A stretch of 64,000 nt of DNA from Bispira polyomma (lineage: Eukaryota): assembly GCA_965649765.1 (NCBI GenBank), contig OZ287748.1, positions 62,682,001-62,746,000 on the forward strand. Direction: 5' to 3'. The first letter of the stretch is position 1; each line of letters begins with the position of its first letter. The translations under genes and the position numbers were made by a program. Below, one piece after another: positions 37,901 through 49,232 of the stretch. Under the pieces are notes generated by a model. It did no database searches. It saw only the letters and a list, made by a program, of their open reading frames with translations, and had not been told where the DNA came from.

Positions 37901-40900
37901 ACTTGTCCACTTTGTGTAGGCTTTCATAAAATTGTTATCTTAAATGTTAGCTACGATAAAATACAACCAAAAGACAGATTTACTTCACTTGAAACAATAC
38001 TTTCATAAAATTACCAAGTATTTTAAATTTTTGCTGCCTTTTAAGAAGCTCCAAAAAAACAGACAAGTTTATGACATCAGACGAGTTAATGACAAGTAGA
38101 TACTTTGAGTGTAATGGACTGGCTGATCAATAGCCTACATTAAACAGAAGAGACACAAGTCATGCTGTCTTTTCACATTTCTGTCATCTTATCATTTATA
38201 GCAATGCTACTGCGGCATGTCTATTAAGTATGATGAGAGATAAGAAACAAGACATTTATGATTAACTTTTCTGAGGGGGGTTTTCTTAGCTGTATTTTTA
38301 TTATTTATTTTTTACTATAAAGGAAATATGAAAGTGCCAGCAATGTCAGTTAATAGGGGTCATCCTATTATAGGAGGAGAGTCAACCGACCAGCTGCTAT
38401 TTTATTAGAAAACGTCAAAACCATCGACTATTTATAGAGATAATGTTCAAAGATAAATGAACCGAAATACCAAATAATACAGGAAGGGTAAATTACGATT
38501 TTCCACTGGTGATTTCTGGGTCAAACATCAGAACCATCAGTGGTTACTGGGCTTTGCTGTCTTTAAGCTGGCACAGCAAGTTAAGGGGGGGGGGGGGTAC
38601 GACTTGGTGCTCAAATATTGATTTATTAATCAAAATCCATTAATAACCGAAGATAAGAACAGTCGGTTCTCTCTATGCAAATGAAATCATTAGTAAAAGT
38701 TTACAAAATACTTTTTTTGTTTCAATTTTTGGGGGATTTTTTTTTTTCGCTGTTGAAGATTTAGAACCTGTGTTAGTGGACTTCCTGTCAATAACATTGA
38801 GGCTTTGATAGACATTGGTAATTTTCTAGATGATGATCTGTTTAATTCAGAGATTCATCACCCCAAATTACAATAATACCACCAAGTATGACAATATCAC
38901 TGCTCATTTGCCTAAATATTACTTCCATGTCGCTGAAAAAGTGCTATAGTTATATCTACAGATCTTCAACCCGAATATCACACAAATAATATATCTTTTA
39001 CTTTCGATCCCTGTAGTATGAATGCATTAAAGATTTTGTTTTAGAAATATATTTCCTGAAATTAATGTTTTACACCATAATATAATGTGCTACCCTTCCC
39101 TTCTGCTTCACATTTAAGCGGTAAATACACCTGTCCAATTTTGCTTTTGAATCCGTCATAAGACATCCATTTATGTTATCCAAAATTCTATATATATATT
39201 ATAAAAAATCGGCTCCCGAATCTGAGGTGACGTCTGCCAGGTGTATTCTACTTCTCTATTTCTTTATATTTTGTTTTTTTCAGATAATGGAAACGGACAT
39301 CAGATGACTGATACAGAAGCAAATCAGACAATCCTTAAATCGCATTTCCTAATAAGACTGTACAAAAGTAGATACAGAGTGCTCATCCATTGTGACTTCT
39401 TCAATTCAACTATAACAGGGTGAACATGTTTTGTAATAGAATAGGTTTATTATCAGAGGGTTTATTTAAAAAAAAAATTAATTGCATGTTATAATTTGTA
39501 TGTACAAAAGTTAAGTGGCTTAGAAATTCTGATAACACTGAACAGAATCAATGCCTAGTAGGTACATGTAATCACTTGTCACCGCTTCACCCGAAAAACT
39601 AAACCAAACTGTGACACAATGCAGTGTGTACCCTTAAAAAACAATTGAAGTCATTGGTAAACATTAAGCTTATTGCAGGTTTTCAGGTACTCGTTGTGTG
39701 TCTAAAGGCTGATTTGTATGATTATTGTTGTGATATTTTGGCAACAAATAGTGTCTCTATACTGAGGCAGAATAAAGTGTAGTTTGGTGCTGATCCAACG
39801 TTTTTCATATTTAACACCTCCAAACTCTTCCAGGACTGTTTGACTTTGGACCAGAAAACCAGCCTCTTTTAATGACTGTGTGCAATGACTCGTATGGGTG
39901 ACCCGGTAGTATTGGTATTCCTTTCTTATGTTCAAGTTATGACATCTTATGGTTCTCTCAAGCGGGGACAGTTATTTTGCCATTAGGAATATCAAATCAG
40001 ACATGATGGATATCATGGCCTGAAGGGAATTATCTGACAAGATACATGCACTCTTCCAAAGACTGTTTATCTTGGTTGGAAAAAAAGGATATCTGATTTC
40101 TGCATGACTTTTTTGCAATAGCTGCACTTACAGATCAGACAGTGTCTCCACTATAATAAAGAACCTGTATAACTCAACTTTTGGTATACTTTCTAACAAT
40201 AGCTACATTTACATATGATACAGTAGAATCTCGATAACTAGAAACATTTTTAATTAATTCTACATAACTAACTGATAAATGAATCATTTTCTTGCTCCAA
40301 AATTCAAAATATTTGTTTAAAATAATGTGTTCGCAGAGGTGTTTTTTTAGAGGCAGGTTTCATTGGGAGCCGGGGTGGGGGAATGGGGTGGGTGGGGGAG
40401 TATTTTGTAGGTTATTTCCATGTACAAAAATTTTACATGGCCTTTTTCTATTTATTTAAATTTTCTCCATTGACACATATTTGAAGTATACATTGTACAT
40501 TAGATACCTTAAATTGTTTCAATGACAAATTGAACCTGTTTTACTAGTAGAAAAGTTAGCCATGATGATAAGTAGAACCAAATCCTGTGAACATTGGACA
40601 TTCAACTTATACAGAGTCTACTGTGTTATTCATTTACTGTCCGTTTGTAAATTCGATTTTTTTAAGCGGTAATACAAATTATTGTTAAAGAAAATGTAAA
40701 AGGTTAAAATTGTAAATCCTCCAAACTTGTTTAAGACAAATCATACCTATAATATTTCTTTTTCTTTTCTCCACAAATAATACTGACATTTGTGGTAGTT
40801 CTCTAACATTTAAAGAGAAACTACTGTCTGCCAGAAAGCAATCACTTTTATAGACAGATCAATGATTCTGCTTCTGGTCCTATTGAATCCTTATATTTGC

Positions 40901-41557
40901 TACTTAGTCAAAATTGTTTATTTAAGTGACACTTACTTTCAGATGTAATATTAGATCATCTGATGTGTCCAATTTGCTTCTATTTTGCTTTGAGACTGAT
41001 TTGGGTTTTTGTTGTTGGTTACAAAACATTATCTGTTTTTATATTTACAATTAGAAAAGATTTAAAACCTTGTCCCGTTAGTAAAGTAAAAATTTATTTG
41101 TAATAGGGAGTGGGATGGATACATAAATATGGTCTTGGAAACTTGTGCATTGAATCTCACTTCGTGTTTGAGTACTCGCATGGTTTAGTATGTAATCATG
41201 GAGGTAAAAACAGTATGGCAGGTCCCGAAAATAAATATTGTGAGAGAAGAAAAAAACAAAACAAAATTATTGAATGTGATGTCTTAGAATAAATACCTTT
41301 AGAATATATCATAAAAAGACAATTATTGCATGAAAACTCAGACATGCCTTTATATTACTGGGCAAAAAATGCATATTTCTGAGAGGGATTTTTAGCACCA
41401 TATTTTCAAGGAATCATGTCAAGCCAAAAAGATGCACTTGAGTGCTCATGTAAAAATTGAACGGTTCAAAAAACCTCAAGTGACAGATTCACAGCTTTAA
41501 TTTGGAATTTAAAAAATCAACAATTTTGTCACAGAAAAAATACAATATACTGTAACG

Positions 41558-41928
41558 TAGGGGTGGGACGGTAGCAAATATTCTGGTCCAGAATATCACT
41601 TGTCAAAAAACGTTCCGATTCCGGGATATCACAAAAAAATAATTAACCCAAATACTGCAAATCAAATGCACCTTCAAAAACACGATTAAAATTGAAACCA
41701 AATTAATGCCCAGAAATGACTAAACACCTGTCAAAAGTACTAAAAAATTCTCACATTTCAATAGTCTAACCTAATAAAACCTATTTTAATGAATCAAATA
41801 CATACAATTTGTTTTTTGTTTGCAGTAAAAAGGCTACATTTTTAGAATTCCGATTTCCTTATTTAATCATATTATTCAGACCAAATATTGCCTTTGCTGA
41901 TAATGGTACTACTAATACATCACCCCTA
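41558..41928. mobile_element. hAT-like MITE (TAGGGGTG...CACCCCTA)
   Basis: 8-bp terminal inverted repeat plus an inner aatattctggtc.gaata / tattcagaccaaatatt inversion; TSD not recognisable. Confidence 0.55.
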
Positions 41929-41959
41929 CCATTATGTATATGTAAATGTAGGTAATTAC

Positions 41960-41995
41960 CTGTGCCCCTCACATGTTCCCCTCCTGTTATGAAAT
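41960..41995 (-). CDS. 36-nt microexon (phase 1-1): inter-CUB linker DFITGGEHVRGT
   Basis: Strong acceptor tttttttattgcag| and donor CAG|GTAATT; stop-free and frame-preserving; GC-rich against its flanks; ends in GT-x-C like the other linkers (GTP..C). Confidence 0.8.
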
Positions 41996-42755
41996 CTGCA
42001 ATAAAAAAATTCCTTTATAAAAACATAATAGCATTACTGCGGAAAAAATGTGTGTCATGTTATTCCACTTAATATAAGCAAGTTTTCTTCCAGCCCTTAT
42101 TTCAGACGAACAAATTTTTATATATTTTGAGAGTCATTAAATCAAAAAACATCACTTGTACAAAAAACACAAGTTGCAGCAATTGTATTTTCAACTTTTC
42201 AGGGAGATTTTCTTACACACCAATTTAATGTCTATTTCAAATTGCACTGAACACTGTTTTATTATCACAATTAACATAAGAGATCTGTCTGACAGGAAAA
42301 ATATCCTTAAAATACTTATTGATAGACGTGCTGAATATTAATAACTTAAATAAAAACACTTTTAAGAAGGCAATTTAATTTTATCTGTGACACCTGTAAC
42401 TGTCACTGGAAAAATATAAGAACATCAACTGACTTGTAGAGATTTCATATATTATCACTTAAATTTATAATTGTAAACTAGACTAAAGAACTTATTACTG
42501 CATATATTACTGTTTAACGTCACATGAAGTAAGAATGCATATCGATGTACAGTCAAACCTGTTTAAGTGGCACTGTGATAAGTAAATGTGCCATTATTTG
42601 GAGAAAAGTTTGTAGTTCTATCTTTTTTGTTAATTTTTGATTTAAATCTCTCCACTTTATTGGAAATCCGGTTTTTATTTTGGTTCCTTGATCTTTGATT
42701 TAAAAGAATTCAAATGTATTTTAAACACTGTACACGCTTCTATTTAATATCATAC

Positions 42756-42886
42756 CCAGGTTGACAAATCGGTTGGATATCTCAAACTCTGCCTTGAACC
42801 CTCTCCTTTGTACGGTTGGGTCATCTTCCACATCCCAGTAGGGCACATAGGTCTTCTTCGTGGGTTCTTCACGCCCACTCCTAGTC
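42756..42886 (-). CDS. Exon (131 nt, phase 2-1): end of CUB-a with a loop insertion (TRSGREEPTKKTYVPYWDVEDDPTVQRRGFKAEFEISNRFVNL)
   Basis: Acceptor tgcaacag|, donor G|GTATGA; RGFKAEF terminal CUB strand; within ORF 42721..42921. Confidence 0.88.
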
Positions 42887-43069
42887 CTGTTGCAATACAC
42901 AATATAGAGAGCTGGAGTCATTAAGAAGAACTAAATGCCCGAATGGGGCATACAGTCAGCCTCCTGACTAAAATTATACAAAGCAATGTTAAATTTTCAG
43001 GATTAGGCTTAAGTGGATGAAGATCCATGCCAATTTGCCAGGGATTCTGTCAGTTGACATAAAAACCAT

Positions 43070-43320
43070 GCCACTGCAATACATTCGCTTGGGAATGCAG
43101 AGGGCCTGGGTTTGACCCCAGTCTTACGGGTTATCAGGTGTATATATATATTGTCTCTTATTTATAGTTGTCCTCTGTCATTGGGTCTGGCATCTTCAGT
43201 GGCAGAAAATTTAGGGATATTAATAAGTGGTCATCCTTAAGCCTTTAAGTGTCTTCAGTTAGGAGATATGACAAGTCATAGGTAATTGTTGGCTGAATAG
43301 AACTTTGAATATCAAAGTTA
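43070..43320 (+). mobile_element. tRNA-derived SINE family 2 copy
   Basis: Colinear with 53800-54100 (tcgctt.ggaat.caga, ctctgtcat.ggg, ttagggatatt.ataa.tggtca.cct.aagcctt). Confidence 0.65.
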
Positions 43321-43378
43321 GAGAAATAGAAATACAAATAGGCATTATACAGTCAGAAGTATTCAGGACAACGTAGAA

Positions 43379-43630
43379 TTTGAATTTAGATATTTCACAT
43401 CCACTCTACTACCTTTTAGTAGGTTATATTGGGACGGGTAGTTGGAAACGCTGGAGGAAACACTGCATACAGTCGGTCAAGGTTCCGCACTGAAACCAGT
43501 GGTCCACAGTAAGGAACTACCACCTTTTACCACATAGGCATCGACGGGATTTGAACTCACGCCGCCCAGAGATGAGAGACTAGTGATTGTGAAGCGCAAT
43601 GCTTGCTAACTACTAGGTCACCGCGGCCCC
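43379..43630 (-). mobile_element. Full-length tRNA-derived SINE (family 1) with a target-site duplication of at least 15 bp
   Basis: 5' GGGGCCGCGGTGACCTAGTAGTTAG (A box) and GAGTTCAAATCCC (B box); TSD caggacaa(c/t)gtagaa at 43364-43378 and 43633-43647. Confidence 0.85.
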
Positions 43631-44601
43631 TCCAGGACAATGTAGAAAACTGCCTCCTAAATATTCCTAGCCAAGCAAACATAGGAAAAGAGTAGCTACT
43701 AGAATTGTACAAAAAATACACCATGTACAATACAACCTCTAATATCAGCGCACGTTGGGAGAGTGATCATCTGTTTAATTAACAGAATGTTCGTAAAATA
43801 GAAGAGGTATTTTAGTACAGAACAGCAGAAGTACAGCAATTTGGGAGAGTGAAACAACTGAGCGTATAAAACAGAAAACAGAAGTTTGGATAATCAGTTA
43901 CTTCTTTTGTTTAAATTTCATATGTTGAAACTGTGTATTAGTAACACATTGCAGAATTATTTAGACCTCAACAACTGGAAGCTGTTTGTAGCTATAGAGG
44001 ATGTGTGAAAGTTGCTTTGGTAACATTTGTGACTCTTTTTACCTTTAACCTCATTTTTTCATATGGATAGAAAAGTTTAGAAGCAACTATAATTACCACG
44101 GGACCATTAGTTACCAAAAATACTATTTTTTATAGAATCAAGCTGGTTTCATCTTTATCCTAAATGCAGTAGTAATGGATTCCCCCCCCACCTCCCCACC
44201 CACCCGCAATTTATCTGGATAATAACATAGATTTGTATGTTTCAGTTAGATTATCAACAATTACACAATGCATCACTTAGTGAATTGCTGTTAACACAAA
44301 GCTCGAGGAAAGATCTAAACAAACTCTAGCTTAAGGTATACAGCATCTGCTTAATGATGATGCTTGACAAACCCATTTGTACATGTCTTAGTCCAAGGTA
44401 GTTGTATATTCAACCAAACGTTAAGTGTTAGAAATCTGTTTAGGGTCTAAACACATGAAGGGTAAACCCTACACTTTAATCTTAACAGTATAAATATTCT
44501 AAATAACAATGCTAAAGAAAGGAAGTTAGATCAATTAAGTTCTCTACTGACACATAAAATGTCTTACACATGTATGAGTTTATCGAAGAGTTTATGCATT
44601 A

Positions 44602-45257
44602 TTAACCCTTTCTCCACTGGAAGAAAACTACTGATGGAAATTGAAACAAAATTTCTTGGCAAATAGGTCACAGATAGCTGAAGTCAGTAAAAGACACACA
44701 ACTTCCGACATTCAATAACAGGGAAGTCTGTTGTACTAAAAATTGCCTGTTGCAAGTAACTGAAAAAAAAGAAAGTAATATTTTGGGGGTGTCAATAGAC
44801 CAAGTATTTTGCCCTTGCTGATGCTTTGATATACTGACGGCACAACGAAGGACAGAATGGCCTCCATAAGCAAAACATTGTAAATCAAAATCGACATATA
44901 TGGAGATAGAATCTGGTAAAAATAAATACATCCCTTCATTCCTTATATATGATATAGTTGCCGATTTTCAATTAGTTTATGCTACATATAAATTAATATA
45001 AAATAAAAACTAAACCAAAATCATTGAAACAACACTGTACGCCGTGTTACGTCAGTCTAAATTTACAAGGTTTTCCTTATGCAAGCCATTCTGTCCCTTT
45101 TCATGATTCAGCCGTCCAAAATATCAGCAAGGAATCTCGCAAAACAGGGACAGATTATTCGGTCTAGGGTGTCAACTGCTTGCTGACAGACATAGGTTCT
45201 GGGAGTAACAAATGCTGTCGGCTGCTGGCCGACAACCTGAGGATCGAATGGGTTTAA
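44602..45257 (+). mobile_element. piggyBac-like MITE (TTAA|CCC...GGG|TTTAA) carrying a nested insertion
   Basis: Colinear with 50287-50639 apart from 44796-45175. Confidence 0.75.
44796..45166. mobile_element. MULE-like MITE with long imperfect TIRs (TAGACC...GGTCTA) and a 9-bp TSD GGGTGTCAA
   Basis: TSD at 44787-44795 and 45167-45175; inverted blocks such as ggacagaatggc/gccattctgtcc and ccttgctgat/atcagcaagg; absent from the paralog at about 50500. Confidence 0.85.
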
Positions 45258-45955
45258 AAGAATATTTAATTATCACAAGCACAAATATAAAGGCCTTATC
45301 TTTAAAGTGGATTTAATATTTAAGTAAATATTTTTATCTTTTTCTATTGGATGTTTATTATGCATCGTTGACAAAATCATTAAATGTAGTAAGACCTTTA
45401 CAAATCAATGTTCAGATGCCTTTTAAATGCTTGTGCAATTAAGCTGCTCGTATTTACCCTTTTTGATTGATATATTCCCATTTTTTATTACTACTACAAA
45501 AAATGTATTAATGATTTACCACTTAATTAACCATAAACTTTAAGCTACAAAGCATTCACGTCGGGTCAGTTATACCTTGACATTTGTCCCCTAAACACAC
45601 TTAGCGGTTTGATCTTTAACAAGGGTGGAATTTTCGGAAGGGATAAGAATATATCACCAAAATTAACTGCACTAATCCGCACACAGTAAATCGATCACTG
45701 GCAATTATCTTAACCTACAAGTTTTTACTGCATTATGATAATGATCATAAATAATTCACAATGTATTAGAACTTGATTTATGCAGGAGATGAGTGATGTC
45801 TGTGTACTTTTACTAGAGATTTAGTGTAACCATGGCCCATTATAAGGTATCTGATCTTATAAATTTAAACTCACCATAATCTAGAAATATGTCCTGCTCT
45901 ATCTTTTCTCAATACAAACAGATATACATTTGAACCCCTTTAAGTCGAACCTCAA

Positions 45956-46295
45956 GGGCCGTATTCATTAAAGTTCTTATACTTAGAATAAGAATCATTG
46001 TTATATTTAGATAAATTTTCTATTTTAAGAATTTTCTTATTCTTAGAATAAGAATTTTCTCAGCTAAGAATTGTGAATAGATAGAAATACATAAGAATGC
46101 CAAGTATTTTTCTTAACTTAAGTAAGGTCTTGACCATTTTCAGAATCAATGCTCGTTCATAAAAAAAAAATTTAAGAATAAGAAAAAATTAATAAGAATT
46201 TATTGACTATCAAAAATTCTTATACTACCAAAAATTCTTTTGCTTCCTATACTTGGAAAATTTTCTATTTATAAGAACTTTAGAGAATACGGCTC
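45956..46295. mobile_element. GGGCCGTATTC-terminal MITE with taagaa/ttctta-rich interior, nested in a family B MITE
   Basis: gccgtattc.ttaaagttcttata versus tataagaactttagagaatacggc; right flank CTG; host sequence resumes as gagaaat. Confidence 0.8.
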
Positions 46296-46945
46296 CTGGA
46301 GAAATGCTCTACTAAAGCAGGAATTCCACTTAACAGGGTAGATTGTAAGAGAGAATGCTGTTGTGGGACTACAAATTTTTCTCTACATAAAAGAAAAATT
46401 GACTTAACATAGTTCTACTAAAAGGGGCATTATCTAAAATCATTTAAAGCTATACTAATACGAATGGGAACTTGTCTAATATATTAATATAATATTTCCA
46501 TTACTTAGAGGAAATCTCTTTCTAATAGAAATATGTGGTGTTTGAGTTTTAAGTATTACTTGAAGTTTAAAACAGCCTCTTGTGATATTAAATTTATTTA
46601 ACAGAAATGTCAGCCACATATTTGTATGAATTAATATTCAGGTAACCTGACATAGAAATCCCCTTTCAAAGTCAAATCACTAGCAATTTAAAACTAACGC
46701 TGTGAAGTACAGGTACTTGTAAAACATTCTGGTAAATTTAGCTCTACCTGAAGAGTTTTTCCTGGCACTCTCCTGATCTCTGTCATGTCACTTTTTATTG
46801 GTAAATCAAAGCAGAGCTCTGGCTCAGGTAGGATTATTACAGAAGACTATTTAATTTAGAGTGAGGGGTTCAATTAGGCACTCATGTAGCTGTCTGCTCC
46901 AAAAAAATATCTCAACCTTCAAAAAGTTTTAAAGCTCTACTCCTA

Positions 46946-47531
46946 TGGCCTGGTCACACTGGACTTCCATTTTGATCATGCCAAAAAATTAACAAATGGA
47001 AGGTAAAATGTAATAAAACAAATCTGAAACAAATTGTACTTATTAAACGTATGTAAAGGTTAATTAAAACTTGCGCAAGTAAAACATAAGAGCAACTAAG
47101 AGAAAATCTATCATTTCAAACTGCACGAAAATATGCTACGTTTGAGGCCACTTTTGACAATCTCCATTAAAACGGTTGGTGCGTCCAGGGGAAACGTAAG
47201 ACATGGCTGACAGGTCTTCAATGCATATATGAACGTACAAGAAGGCACTGAGACATACTATACATTCAAATAATCACCAGAAACGTAAAAGACATAAATG
47301 AAGCAAATGCAACCTATTTAAAACATGGGTAACAAGATCGAAATGTAATGAAATGTGTACAGGAATCGTATGGAACGTATTTAAAAACGTGGCTAACATA
47401 ACAAACGTTCAAACGGCTACCAAAACACGTCTCAAACATTAATCTTTTTGTTACGTTTCCTCAATTTCATATTGTTAAAATATAAAATGAAATGAAACGT
47501 AAACCTGACCGTATCCAGTGTGACCGGGCCA
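46946..47531. mobile_element. PIF/Harbinger-like MITE (TGGCC(T/C)GGTCACACTGGA TIR) with dispersed aacgt(a) internal motifs
   Basis: tggcctggtcacactgga at 46946 and tccagtgtgaccgggcca ending at 47531; CTA/TAA flanks. Confidence 0.75.
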
Positions 47532-48346
47532 TAAGGCTCTTCTTAATATCTCTGACTCTGACTGCATAATTATTTGAATTCAGTACTAAAAGTTGGATTA
47601 AAAAAAGATTATTGGTCATAAGCTGTAAGTTTTTTCCATGCACATGGACTTCCGGCCACGTAGTCTTAATCATTTACGTTGAATCCAAGTGTCAGCTAGA
47701 GTTTTTGTCAGAGGATGCAGAGCCCGAATGGAGCCAGGTAACTTTAGAACTACAATTATGAGTCAACAGAGTCACTCTAGAATTGAAACACGACATGGGT
47801 ATTTTTTTACATGAGAAAAATATATTTTATTTACATTAAATCAATGGTACTATACCAATTTCACAACTTTTCCTAGATCTTCTTCAAACAATATGTGGTA
47901 AAGTAAGTAATGTATAATGAATTCTCACTTGTTAAAAAATTTCATAGATTTTATAAAGCCATGCTCACAATTTGATGAGCCAAGGTTCAGCTGCTTTATC
48001 ACAAAATTGTAGGCGTGACACAAATTTTATCCCTAGCTAGACAAGGTAATTGAATTTGTTTAAATCAACAGATTACATGTTTGAAGGTTTGTATATAGTT
48101 TGTAATATGTTTTTTTACACTGAAGTATGCCACACAGTTTCGGTTGGTCATCCATCCTATTTCAAAATGGCAGCTGTGGGAAAAATCTTAAAAAATTAAC
48201 TCTTTGGTTTTTAAATTAAATTTAAATTCAGGATACAAATTGTTGCAATGAACAGATTTAAGTTGATACTGTAGGCTTAATGCCTAGAATTGAGTGACTA
48301 TAATTGTACATTGGATCAGCAGCTGTTTATTGGTATTGTTTGTCAA

Positions 48347-48453
48347 GGCCCGTATTCACGAAACGACTTAGCCAGGTCTCAGGTTTAAATCTACCACAAA
48401 AGTATACTGATTTAAACCTAAGACCTGGTTAAGTCCCTTCGTGAATACGGCCC
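48347..48453. mobile_element. 107-bp hairpin MITE of the GGCCGTATTC group (45-bp arms, 17-nt loop)
   Basis: Arms are 40/45 complementary by hand alignment; CAA/CAG flanks. Confidence 0.85.
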
Positions 48454-48742
48454 CAGTACTATAATCACAGTCAAGTGCTAACCAGCGATTTCGTTAACGC
48501 GCATATGCACTTAAACTTAAGCAGAAATTTCAGGAATTACACACATATAATTTATCTGTTTACCCAGGTATTTAAAAGTCAAACCCACACAAACATATTT
48601 TACTTTTAATTTAATACAAATTTAATATTTTTAGTGTAATGCGCATCATCGCATAACCCCCCCAAAAATGATAGATTCACCCTCCGAATTTTATAATAAA
48701 GGGAAAAAAAAAAAACGGTCACTGGAACCGCTGCTCACCAAC

Positions 48743-48871
48743 CTGAATTCTATACGCATGGCCTCACGTGTCGAGTAAATACTGAGGTCCTTCAGACGAC
48801 CACAGTACGTACCAATCACCTCGTCTAAGTTGGTTTTCCCATCGTATATCTTGATATGATCATATGGGCAA
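48743..48871 (-). CDS. Exon (129 nt, phase 2-2): CUB-a middle (HCPYDHIKIYDGKTNLDEVIGTYCGRLKDLSIYSTREAMRIEFR); not in ORF track
   Basis: Acceptor gttgcag|, donor CAG|GTTGGT; classic C-x-YD-x-I-x-IYDG...YCG CUB motif; phases match both neighbours. Confidence 0.92.
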
Positions 48872-48984
48872 CTGCAACGAGAAATAAAATAATGATGTTC
48901 ATGTTAATAATTTTCATATTTGTGGTCATTGTCAAAACAAAGACAAACATGAACCCCTTTAAGTCATAAACCTTAAGGGACCAG

Positions 48985-49232
48985 GGCCCGTATTCTAGAA
49001 CGTATAATCAGCTTAAACTTATACTCAACTCAAACATCGGCTATGTGGAAGTCCTTGTACATGGAAATAACCTGTACTTGTGACCATGCCTTTTAATAGA
49101 GCTTTTAACACTGAATTCAAATATAAAGTCTGATTTTAGATAGGTTTAATCTATCCAAAGTTAGACAAAATCCAGATATAAGTTGAGTATATGTTTGAGT
49201 TTAGGCTGAGTATAGGTTCGAGAATACCAGCC
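48985..49232 (+). mobile_element. Family X MITE with CAG TSD, nested in a family B MITE
   Basis: CAG|GGCCCGTATTCT...AGAATACCAGCC|CAG; host gaacccctttaagtc..aagggac before and tacttaagcag..ttaacagggtagatt after. Confidence 0.85.

Noticed and set aside
43540-43630. tRNA-like sequence
   Set aside because: It is the head of a SINE (extended body and TSD, no proper cloverleaf), not a tRNA gene
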